Source: an uncultured Bacteroidaceae bacterium (GTDB taxonomy: Bacteria > Bacillota > Clostridia > Christensenellales > CAG-917). Taken from it: 47,681 nucleotides of DNA. Where the stretch lies: positions 1 to 47,681 of the forward strand of contig CAZQGE010000005.1 in NCBI GenBank assembly GCA_964592815.1, given 5' to 3'. The notes below the pieces were generated by a model. The model was not told the DNA's origin, ran no database searches, and worked only from the letters and a program-made list of their open reading frames with translations. Each line of letters begins with the position of its first letter. Position 1 is the first letter of the stretch. Positions 38,937 through 47,551 of this stretch are shown piece by piece. The translations under genes were made by a program, and so were the position numbers.

Positions 38937-40232
38937 CTATTTGATGTAGTTTGCGCCAGGGTTGTTGGCTTTGACAATCTTGTATGCTTCGTCAGCAACT
39001 TCCCAAGTGTATTGAATGTCTTCTTGTGTTAATGCAGAGTTGATGAAGTGGTTGTGGTGAGATGTGAAGAACACGCCTCTCTTTACGCACTCAGTAACCC
39101 ATTGTTGATGCAATATTGTTGATGGATAGTCATTCTTCAAGCGGAGATAGAACATAGCTGGCTCACCAGTAACGCTCAAATCAAAACCGTTATCTTTTGC
39201 AATTTCAAGCAATCCGTCCGTCAAAATCTTGCCTTTCTTTGCGTTTTCAACAACTGCGTTGATTTCTTTTGCTTTCTTCAAGGTTGCAACACCAGCTGCA
39301 AATGGAACTGCTGATAACCAGTAACTTCCTGTGTAAGCAATATCAGATGTTGCATTAAGCAAATGCTTCTTTCCGCAGATACAAGACATATTGTAACCGT
39401 TTGCAATAGCTTTGCAGTAGCAAGCAAGGTCTGGTTCGATACCGCCATCATAGTGGTTAAGTGAACCGCCAAGGTCAATTCTGAAACCTGCACGAACGTC
39501 GTCGATAATCATAACTACGCCATATTTATCGCAAATTTCACGTATCTTCTTCCAGTAGCCAGGTGTTGGCAAAATGTTGTCGCAGAAGTTGCCGTGCATA
39601 TATGGAGTTGCAATAAAGCCAGCAATTTGTCCAGGATACTTTTTACAAAGCGCTTCAAATTGTTCGGGAGCATCCCAATCAATATAAAGGTTGTTTACCA
39701 AATCATCATCAGTTACACCGCTGTAACCAAGTTTTTGCATCCAAGGAGCAACACCGTGATAGTAACCTTTTGTAAGAACAATCTTTTTACGGTTTGTATA
39801 TGCGCGGGCAATCATAACGGAGAATTGTGTTACGTCACCGCCGTTCTTTGCAAAGAATGCCCAGTCAGCCATTTTGATTGTGTCAACAACTGCTTCTGCC
39901 ATAGCAACAGTAACTTCACCAACCAAAGTACAGCAATCACCTTTCTTGCGTTGTGCAAGAGCTGCTGCGTCAACGTCTGGGTCGTTATAGCCCAAGAAGT
40001 TTGGACCGTAACCACACATATAGTCGATAATCTTGTTGCCGTCTATATCCCAAATATATGTTCCTTGTGCTTTTGACATATAAAGTGGGTATGCGCTAAC
40101 AGGAACCATACAGCCTTCGGAAGGACCAAGGTGTCCATATACGCCAGCGGGTATAACATTCAAAGCACGCTTAAACAATGCTTGACTTTTTGAAACATCG
40201 TTAACCTTTTTAGGTGTGTAATTCAAATTCAT
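38937..40232 (-). CDS. Class III PLP aminotransferase, FumI (aminopentol aminotransferase)-like
   Basis: VIPAGVYGH, IDYMCGYGP, ADWAFFAKNG, YHG, DDVRAGFR, CKAIANGY (PLP Lys), TGSYWLSAVP. Confidence 0.85.
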   Translation of the reverse strand: MNLNYTPKKVNDVSKSQALFKRALNVIPAGVYGHLGPSEGCMVPVSAYPLYMSKAQGTYIWDIDGNKIIDYMCGYGPNFLGYNDPDVDAAALAQRKKGDCCTLVGEVTVAMAEAVVDTIKMADWAFFAKNGGDVTQFSVMIARAYTNRKKIVLTKGYYHGVAPWMQKLGYSGVTDDDLVNNLYIDWDAPEQFEALCKKYPGQIAGFIATPYMHGNFCDNILPTPGYWKKIREICDKYGVVMIIDDVRAGFRIDLGGSLNHYDGGIEPDLACYCKAIANGYNMSCICGKKHLLNATSDIAYTGSYWLSAVPFAAGVATLKKAKEINAVVENAKKGKILTDGLLEIAKDNGFDLSVTGEPAMFYLRLKNDYPSTILHQQWVTECVKRGVFFTSHHNHFINSALTQEDIQYTWEVADEAYKIVKANNPGANYIK

Positions 40233-40247
40233 AATTCTCGTCCTCCC

Positions 40248-41012
40248 TTATGCTAAATATTGGCTTACAACATTAAGCAATTTGGCCATTTGTTCAAGCA
40301 TATCCAAAGCACCGCTTACTTGGAATTCACCAGAACCCATACCACCGAAACTTGAAGCCTCTCCGTTAAGCAAACGATGAGCAAAGTCCATATTTGCAAA
40401 ACCCATAATAGCAGTAGGCATATCAACTTCACCTTTTTCAGCAGAAAGTTTGTGATTTTTGACTGAAATGGTAACTGATGGGCCACCACCAATGGTACCC
40501 AAAATTGTGCCGTCTTTCATACGTTTTGCACAAGCCTTGCCGACAAAGTCGCTGTTTGCGATTTCTGCCATTGCAAAGAATGCCGTATAAGCTGTCAAAG
40601 TCGTATTGATTGTAAAATATTCAGGGTTTTTCAACAATTCAGCTTTCTCTTCGGGCTTCGGTTGGAGATAATAACTTAATCTGTCAGCCAACGCTGTGAA
40701 TTGTTTAAGCAAAAATCCAACTTTGAACACGTTGTAAAAAATTGGTACAGTCTTTTCTCCGTCAATAAGTTTGTTAAAATGCTCGGGAGAAGTGAAATAT
40801 AATTTCAAAGCAGACTTGCCCTTTCCTCTCTTAAAGCTGCATTTTCCGTCCTTAAAAGTAAGAACTGCGCTACCAACCTCAGGTACGTTAAACTCAACGC
40901 CGAGATTAACGCCATTGATGATATCCTTGGATTTTGCATCCATATCGCAAAGATCTTCCAAGTTGCGCAAAACAGCAAACAAGTTTATCCTTGCCTTTGT
41001 GACATTGTCCAT
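40248..41012 (-). CDS. Tandem SCP2-like domain protein; start revised to MDNVTK
   Basis: Two repeats of the L.F.DG....G...L.F...F..L..G pattern, ending GEFQVSG; SD AGGAGG. Confidence 0.65.
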   Translation of the reverse strand: MDNVTKARINLFAVLRNLEDLCDMDAKSKDIINGVNLGVEFNVPEVGSAVLTFKDGKCSFKRGKGKSALKLYFTSPEHFNKLIDGEKTVPIFYNVFKVGFLLKQFTALADRLSYYLQPKPEEKAELLKNPEYFTINTTLTAYTAFFAMAEIANSDFVGKACAKRMKDGTILGTIGGGPSVTISVKNHKLSAEKGEVDMPTAIMGFANMDFAHRLLNGEASSFGGMGSGEFQVSGALDMLEQMAKLLNVVSQYLA

Positions 41013-41113
41013 AAAATCCTCCTTTTTTTGCAATCATACGATGTTTTCAGCCCTTCAAGGGCAAACCTTAAACGGCTGATAACATCAAACAATTGCCCTT
41101 ATATTATATTAAA

Positions 41114-41142
41114 ATCTTAATACAAAATAGTAAAATTGTCAA
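41114..41142 (-). promoter_or_regulatory. Sigma-A-type promoter of the SCP2-aminotransferase operon
   Basis: TTGACA-N17-TAAGAT. Confidence 0.6.
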
Positions 41143-41274
41143 TAGTTTAATATTAAACTTGTTTTTATCATTACAGATGTATGCTTTTACAATTTTTTTT
41201 ATGCATTTATTAAGAAAAAAGAATGTAAACACATTCTTTTTTCGTTTATTTAGACATTTTTTTGTTTTGGAATT

Positions 41275-42567
41275 TTATATATCTAATTTCATATAATCTT
41301 TTTTAATCCAACCCAACTTCCTCATAATTTCACTTACAGCAAGGCAAACCACAACAGGAATTATAAACATACATACGGCAATCCCAACCCCAATTTTCCA
41401 GTCGGGCAAGACGCCTGCGCTTGCGTCAATAACTCCAAAGACACCAACTAAGCCAGATGTTCCCATTCCACCACCTGTCGCCGTGCAACGCAACGCAAAA
41501 ACACAAGTTGACAACGGACCAGCCACGATACTTGCTATAACAGGAGGAATTAAAATTTGTGGGTGTTTCATTAAGTTGGGAATTTGAAGCATACTTGTCC
41601 CCAAACCTTGTGCAATCAAACCACCCCATTTGTTTTCTCTGAAAGATTGAACGGCAAAGCCTACCATATGGCACGCACAGCCTACAACCGCAGCGCCACC
41701 TGCCAAATACATAGCGTTTTGAATTTCAATGCTTGCCGTCGAGCCAGCACCTAGAATTGGCGCAGCAATAGCTATCCAAATAGCCGCTGAGGACGTTGGC
41801 AACGTCAGCAACAAGCCCATACTTACCGCAACGATTATGCCCATCACAGCGGGAGTAACTATGGTTGCCTTCCCAATTCCAACACCAATTATGTTGATGA
41901 ATTGAATAAACGGCCACGCTACCCAAATTGCTAGCATAGAAACGACCATCATTCCAAGCGGCACAAGCACAATATCAAGTTTTGTTTTTCCACTTATTAG
42001 ATTTCCAATTTCTATTGCCAAAACTGCTACCACATACGAACCGATTGGGTTTCCTGGAACGCCAGCGGTAAGCGCAACCGTTGAAAACGTTCCCGCAATA
42101 ATTCTGTCTGCAAACGCGCCGACCATACCTGCTACCGCCGCAGTAAACATAACCAATTTTGACGTTTTCAGCATATGCGCAATTCCAACGCCAATGCCTG
42201 CGCCCATAAGCAGTTTTGCAATATTTGCAACAGACAATACAAATTTTCCAACAGCAATGCCCGCGTCTGTACCTGTATCTTTTATCCAACCGCCGAACAT
42301 AGCAAGAATTGTGCCTGCAATAAGCGTGCAAAAAAGGCCTTGCGCCATTCCTGTGAATGCGTCAATAAAATAACGGTTAAACCCCTTTTTTAACAATGCT
42401 TTTGCTTTTACGCCTTTGCTTTTAGGTTCATTTTCTGGAGATTTATCCGCTAGCGACGCGTTGGCGGGTTTTATTGCGTCTTTACCGTCCAAACAATCGT
42501 CAGTCTGCCTATCTTGCTCGTTGTTTTGCACCTCGATTATTTGACCAAGTTCTTCCTTATCTTCCAT
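41275..42567 (-). CDS. PTS IIC-like (PfoR/PfoS family) membrane protein; start revised to MEDKEE
   Basis: GMAQGLFCTLIAG, KTKLDIVLVP, LPTSSAA, QGLGTSMLQIPN, GMGTSGLVG. Confidence 0.85.
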   Translation of the reverse strand: MEDKEELGQIIEVQNNEQDRQTDDCLDGKDAIKPANASLADKSPENEPKSKGVKAKALLKKGFNRYFIDAFTGMAQGLFCTLIAGTILAMFGGWIKDTGTDAGIAVGKFVLSVANIAKLLMGAGIGVGIAHMLKTSKLVMFTAAVAGMVGAFADRIIAGTFSTVALTAGVPGNPIGSYVVAVLAIEIGNLISGKTKLDIVLVPLGMMVVSMLAIWVAWPFIQFINIIGVGIGKATIVTPAVMGIIVAVSMGLLLTLPTSSAAIWIAIAAPILGAGSTASIEIQNAMYLAGGAAVVGCACHMVGFAVQSFRENKWGGLIAQGLGTSMLQIPNLMKHPQILIPPVIASIVAGPLSTCVFALRCTATGGGMGTSGLVGVFGVIDASAGVLPDWKIGVGIAVCMFIIPVVVCLAVSEIMRKLGWIKKDYMKLDI

Positions 42568-42575
42568 TTTACCCT

Positions 42576-43841
42576 CTATTGCTGTGCATGCCTTAAATCT
42601 GAAAAACAGTTGTTGACCGTTCCCACACACAGCGAAAATATTTTTTCCATATCTTCTTTTGAAATTGACGATACCGTATCGGGATTGTTGTCCTTAGCGC
42701 ATATAGTAACACTCTTAATTCCGATTTTGGTAAAATTGTCGGATATATAACCATAAAAACATTCCGATTTCTGACTCAAATCTGCAATATTGTAATTTTG
42801 AAGTTCGATATTTTGCGATTGCGCCGACTTTTCAACAGCCTCACGCATTGAAACTGAATATGACAAATGTTTAATAGGATTCTCGTTGATGACAAATGCG
42901 TTTCCACTCTGCATATCTCCAAAACCCAAAACTCTTGCATTTTTATACTCTGGGTGCGCTTTTATAAACGCCTCAGAACCTAGTTTTGCATTGTTTTCAG
43001 AGCCTAATGATACATAAACCAATTTTGTGTTGTCTGGAAGGATTTCGCTGTTGTCAACAAAATATTTATACGTTGCAAGAGCCATTGCCGTAGCCACACC
43101 ATTGTTTGGCAACGCTTTTTTCTCGAATGGCGAATAGTACGCCGCAGTTGCAATGATACCTGAAACAGAACATACAAATGGCAACACAGTCAAAACAACT
43201 ATGGCAGTCACGGTATCAGAACCTACTGCCATTTTAATTATACAAAACAACACGAATAATATTGCCGAGCAAGGCAATGCAATCAAAGCAATTTTGTGCC
43301 AAACTCCATAAGAGCTAAAAAAACGTCCCATAACACCGTCGTGATTGTCAGCAATTATAACAGTTGTCATGTTTTCTGAAGCAGTAACTTTTTCCGAAAC
43401 TTTTTCGCTTACAACGTTATAGGAAACTTTATTTTTTGTTTTATAAAACAGCTTATCTTTTCCAAGTAGCATAAGAGTTGACGTAACAACGCTAAAAACA
43501 AAAGTAGCAAGAGCAAACAACGTCAGCAAAATGCCTGAAATTCGTCCGCCTGCAAACGAAATAAAATATAACAACAAAGAAACAAAATAACAAATTCCAA
43601 AATACGGGAACGCGCCCCTGCCCAATAATCTGTTGGTGCGAAAGGCTTCAAGTCTTGCAAACTCTCCCGTCAAAGCAAAAATTTCATCTCTAATTTTTCT
43701 TGCCGTTGACGTTTCTGACATACCGCCAGCCAATTTGCTTTCCGACTTTTCCAACTTTTCAGAAATATTTTGAATAAGTTGCACTCCGTCGGACAAATCT
43801 TCTTGTGGCAATATGCTGTTTTGTCTTTCAAAACTGCTCAT
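42576..43841 (-). CDS. Membrane-inserted M28-peptidase-fold protein with degenerate metal site
   Basis: SYNV...TTVIIADNHD, NNGVA, GSEN..LGSEAF; four inserted TM helices. Confidence 0.55.
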   Translation of the reverse strand: MSSFERQNSILPQEDLSDGVQLIQNISEKLEKSESKLAGGMSETSTARKIRDEIFALTGEFARLEAFRTNRLLGRGAFPYFGICYFVSLLLYFISFAGGRISGILLTLFALATFVFSVVTSTLMLLGKDKLFYKTKNKVSYNVVSEKVSEKVTASENMTTVIIADNHDGVMGRFFSSYGVWHKIALIALPCSAILFVLFCIIKMAVGSDTVTAIVVLTVLPFVCSVSGIIATAAYYSPFEKKALPNNGVATAMALATYKYFVDNSEILPDNTKLVYVSLGSENNAKLGSEAFIKAHPEYKNARVLGFGDMQSGNAFVINENPIKHLSYSVSMREAVEKSAQSQNIELQNYNIADLSQKSECFYGYISDNFTKIGIKSVTICAKDNNPDTVSSISKEDMEKIFSLCVGTVNNCFSDLRHAQQ

Positions 43842-43868
43842 TTTTGTCTCCTTGCATAAATTATCGAC

Positions 43869-43897
43869 ATTATATCATATTGCAATTTTCTAAGCAA
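43869..43897 (-). promoter_or_regulatory. Sigma-A-type promoter
   Basis: TTGCTT-N17-TATAAT with TG extension. Confidence 0.65.
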
Positions 43898-43912
43898 ACA
43901 AATAAGAAATAT

Positions 43913-43944
43913 AAAAAAAGACGACCGAAGCCGTCCTTTTTTTT
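43913..43944 (-). terminator. Intrinsic terminator with cUUCGg tetraloop
   Basis: Minus strand GACGGC-TTCG-GTCGTC-TTTTTTT just after the stop codon. Confidence 0.85.
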
Positions 43945-43948
43945 GATT

Positions 43949-46651
43949 TTATACTTTGTACTTTATTGATATGGTTGCGCTGTTTGCAACGTCAAGTTGA
44001 ACCGCCGTAACTGTCGGCAACGTAGTCATAGCATTAAGTTTAATACTCAAATTTGTTATGTTTATCGCCGCGTCTGTTCTGTATAGTTTTCCTGCCAATG
44101 CAATTCCGTTTTCAAGCACTTTTAGACTTAAATCAGCACGCGCCGAGAAAACCTTTTCCATAAGTTTGTCGGGGTCGGCGGCAAATGCCGTGCCTTTCAA
44201 AATGGCGCACGCTTGCATTATTGGACTATTTTTGATGTACAAATCAAAGTCTGCATTTGACAGTTTTGTGCCACTTACATAAAGTCCAAGTTTTTGTTTA
44301 TATGCGTTGAATTCTGCCTCTTTAAGAGTTCCGCCTGCTGTGGTGTAATCTGCATAAGTCTTAGTGCCAGTAGAATAATCGTACCAGTTGCTATATACGG
44401 TATATCCCGCAACGCCAGTTGCTAAATCATACATAAACTCAATTTGTTCTTTTTCCCACTTGTAATTGTTGCGAACCATTATGCCAGTAAGATTTTTTTC
44501 CGTATCCCATTGGAAGAACTCCGTATAATTGCTTGATTTGCCCATTAAGAAAGCGTACAAAGTTCTGTCTTTGTTGGTGCTGTTTTCAAAACCTGAAGGA
44601 ACAAGAACGTCGTCAAACAAAGATTTGAAACTTCTTGTTGAAAGAGCGAGTAAGTTTTGTGTATTTACATTGGGTTGAATATAAGTCATAAGGTTTTTGA
44701 ACAAAACAATCATATTAAACTTAGATTCCCAATCTTTCAACGACTCCATAATACCTAAATCGGTAACTTTTGTGGGGTCATATTCTTTTTCAATCAATGG
44801 TTCTGTACGCAACATTTTTTCCATCAACCCCTCATACATAAGTTTTTGTATGCTGAGATTTGAAATACTTATTCCGTCAAAATTTTCGTTATAAACGGGG
44901 TCAAGTTTGTACATATTGCCGGATACTTTGCAAATTGCCTCGTATTTGTTTGTTGTAAGTGAAAGTTTATCCGCGCCGTACATTTTTTGTATCAAAGCAA
45001 ACACAGCACTATTCGCATCGGCATTTGCATCCGTGTCGTAAAGACTGTTTATTTGGCTAAGCGACTTGAAAACAACAGGTCCAGCAGTTTCAAAAAACGC
45101 TTTTATTTGCGCATTATTTTTTGCGAGTTTAATGTTTAAGACGTTTCCAACGTATGAAGCTTTAATCAAGTCCGTACCATCTTTGGTAAGGGCTAATTGC
45201 ATAGCGTTGTTTGTACCGTCCTTGTTTACCATATCAAAACTGCCGTTTGCATTCAATGTATAAGCACCGCTGAAATCAACGTCATTGATCTTTATGCCGC
45301 TAACTGCAAAAGCCGCATTAACTTGCATATCAAACTTATCGCTGTATTGTGCTTTTGCAAAACCGCTGTTTTCTGTGGCTGCATCAACTTTTGAGATGTC
45401 TAAATCATTTATTTTTAAGGTTATAACGGGATAGCTCTTATCTGCAAGGTTAGCGTTTTGGCTAAGACCTTTAAGTGCCATCATAATCGTAAAGTTATCA
45501 ATTTCAGCTACTTCACCGTTTTTGACGGTGTCATAGTATAATTCCATAACAGTTTCGCTATCAACCAACTTCATAACTTCGCTAAGGTTGACAGGTAAAA
45601 AACCGCCTGCAAGCCCTAACATTGACTTCAAGTCACCTACTTTTAACGCAGTTGCATACGTTGACCTATCACCATTGACGGTTACGGTTTGTTTGGTGGC
45701 GTCAAAGAAGTTTGTAAGCATTGACCATCTTAATAACCCGATTAGGTTAATATGTCCGTTTGTATCCCACAAACATTCATTAAGTGACCTTCCCAAGTCG
45801 GCAAGCAAACTGCCTTCTCCCAAAAACTTGTTCAACAAATTTTTTATTGTTGTATCTTTGTTCAACCATGTCAACAGAGAGTCAATTGGAGTGCCAACTG
45901 TCCATTGATCGCCTTTGGTATTGATGAACATTGCGTCCAACAATTCATTCAAAGAGGTTTTGCGTAACTCCTCGGTATTATCTGTCGGATTGTTCTTGTC
46001 AATATTGGTCTTTTTTGCTTCAACCGCATATTTAATCATATTGACGGGGTGCGCAAGGTGTTCTTTGTCAAACTTTCCATTGCTGTTGCCATCAACATAC
46101 GTTTCGCCTTCGTCGTAAACACCATTTGCATTTGCATCAATAAACGAATCTAATTGGTTTGCGTTAAGACTAATTACGCCGTCATCATAAGCAAAACGCA
46201 CTTTTTGACCTAAAAGGTCAATGTATATATTGCTTGCGTCGTTCAAAAATGCCGTAAACTTAATTTTATTTGCATCCGTATCAGCTTTTTCCAAATCGCG
46301 TACTGTTACGTTTATGGAAGAATTTTTATATTCAACACGGTCAAATATAACTTCAAGTTTCAAACCCAAATTCAAAATGCTTTTTTGCCCGCCATCAGTA
46401 AGTTTAGTACGCTTTTCAAGTTTAAGCTCAACGTCGGCAGAAATTTTGATATCATCTGTGTTTGAGGTAATATTGGAATTGCCCAATACCTTGGATGACG
46501 AAACCAAATTCGTAAGATAATCATTTGTAGTAATGCTTCTCACGTTAGAAGGCGCTTCGCCACCTCCTCCTTTGTTGCAAGCAGCCAAACTAAAACCTAG
46601 AACAGCTACTAGAACAATCAAAATAAATGCTTTGAAATTTAATTTTCTCAT
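43949..46651 (-). CDS. Large lipoprotein of unknown function with Ca2+-binding-type loops
   Basis: Lipobox LAAC, GGGG linker, DANANGVYDEGETYVDGNSNGKFD; SD GGAGG. Confidence 0.8.
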   Translation of the reverse strand: MRKLNFKAFILIVLVAVLGFSLAACNKGGGGEAPSNVRSITTNDYLTNLVSSSKVLGNSNITSNTDDIKISADVELKLEKRTKLTDGGQKSILNLGLKLEVIFDRVEYKNSSINVTVRDLEKADTDANKIKFTAFLNDASNIYIDLLGQKVRFAYDDGVISLNANQLDSFIDANANGVYDEGETYVDGNSNGKFDKEHLAHPVNMIKYAVEAKKTNIDKNNPTDNTEELRKTSLNELLDAMFINTKGDQWTVGTPIDSLLTWLNKDTTIKNLLNKFLGEGSLLADLGRSLNECLWDTNGHINLIGLLRWSMLTNFFDATKQTVTVNGDRSTYATALKVGDLKSMLGLAGGFLPVNLSEVMKLVDSETVMELYYDTVKNGEVAEIDNFTIMMALKGLSQNANLADKSYPVITLKINDLDISKVDAATENSGFAKAQYSDKFDMQVNAAFAVSGIKINDVDFSGAYTLNANGSFDMVNKDGTNNAMQLALTKDGTDLIKASYVGNVLNIKLAKNNAQIKAFFETAGPVVFKSLSQINSLYDTDANADANSAVFALIQKMYGADKLSLTTNKYEAICKVSGNMYKLDPVYNENFDGISISNLSIQKLMYEGLMEKMLRTEPLIEKEYDPTKVTDLGIMESLKDWESKFNMIVLFKNLMTYIQPNVNTQNLLALSTRSFKSLFDDVLVPSGFENSTNKDRTLYAFLMGKSSNYTEFFQWDTEKNLTGIMVRNNYKWEKEQIEFMYDLATGVAGYTVYSNWYDYSTGTKTYADYTTAGGTLKEAEFNAYKQKLGLYVSGTKLSNADFDLYIKNSPIMQACAILKGTAFAADPDKLMEKVFSARADLSLKVLENGIALAGKLYRTDAAINITNLSIKLNAMTTLPTVTAVQLDVANSATISIKYKV

Positions 46652-46687
46652 AATTCCTCCATCACAAGTCGAAAATTATACACTTGA

Positions 46688-46716
46688 ATTATATTACAAA
46701 ATCATAACTAAGTCAA
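46688..46716 (-). promoter_or_regulatory. Sigma-A-type promoter of the lipoprotein gene
   Basis: TTGACT-N17-TATAAT. Confidence 0.75.
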
Positions 46717-46831
46717 TATTGTCAAAAAATCATTCAACCTTAAATACTTTTTAATGTTTTTATACTTTGAACAACATAGTCGGTGACAAAGAAAATGCAA
46801 TATGCTAATATGTAAAAAAATCGGAGGGCGT

Positions 46832-47551
46832 ATGAAAACTGTTTTAGTAACTGGCGGCAGCAAAGGAATAGGAAAAGCCGTTATAGAAAAATTGATAGGA
46901 AAATATAACGTTGCTTTCACTTATTTCCAAAGCGAAGAGAGTGCAAATTTGATTGTGAACCAACTCAAATCAAAGGGCGCAATCTGTGCATTTGCTTGTG
47001 ACGTAAGGGACAACCGGCAAGTAAAAGAGACTTTTGACGCCGTCATAAAAAGGTTCTCCAAGATTGATTATTTGGTAAACTCTGCGGGTATTGCAAAAGA
47101 TATCCTATTTACCGATATATCTACTGCGGAGTGGGAAAATATGCTTGCCGTTAACTTGAACGGCACGTTTTTTTGGTGTCAAGCAGTCCTACCGGATATG
47201 ATTTCAAGAAGACAAGGCGCAATTGTAAACGTAGCCTCAATCTGGGGTGAGACAGGCGCGTCAATGGAAACAAGTTACTCTGTTTCAAAAGCTGCTGTTA
47301 TAGGTTTAACAAAAGCTCTTGCAAAAGAAGTTGCACCTTCAAACGTACGTGTCAACGCCGTTTCACCAGGTGCGATTGATACGGATATGATGAAAGTTTA
47401 TTCCAAACAAGAGCTTGAAGATTTTGCTGTGGAAATTCCACTTGGCAGACTTGGTAAGCCAAACGAAGTAGCGTCCGCTGTCGAATTTTTGTTAGAAAAT
47501 GAATATGTAACGGGCGAAATTTTGAGAATAAACGGTGGTTATCTTATTTAG
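46832..47551 (+). CDS. SDR oxidoreductase, FabG/YmfI-like; start revised to MKTVL
   Basis: TGGSKGIG, NSAG, ASIWG...ASME (YmfI-type), YSVSK, NAVSPG. Confidence 0.85.
   Translation: MKTVLVTGGSKGIGKAVIEKLIGKYNVAFTYFQSEESANLIVNQLKSKGAICAFACDVRDNRQVKETFDAVIKRFSKIDYLVNSAGIAKDILFTDISTAEWENMLAVNLNGTFFWCQAVLPDMISRRQGAIVNVASIWGETGASMETSYSVSKAAVIGLTKALAKEVAPSNVRVNAVSPGAIDTDMMKVYSKQELEDFAVEIPLGRLGKPNEVASAVEFLLENEYVTGEILRINGGYLI

Noticed and set aside
39594-40076. 160-aa antisense ORF, representative of the many short overlapping ORFs in the track (e.g. 33071..33592, 32429..32842)
   Set aside because: They lie within well-supported genes on the other strand or frame and have no SD or recognisable motifs.
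38937-40232. Annotation as hemL (glutamate-1-semialdehyde aminomutase)
   Set aside because: HemL signature motifs are replaced and no tetrapyrrole genes are nearby.
41057-41086. c-di-GMP-I riboswitch (GGGCAAACC on the plus strand)
   Set aside because: Wrong strand for the adjacent operon, and it lacks the GNRA tetraloop/receptor and second stem.
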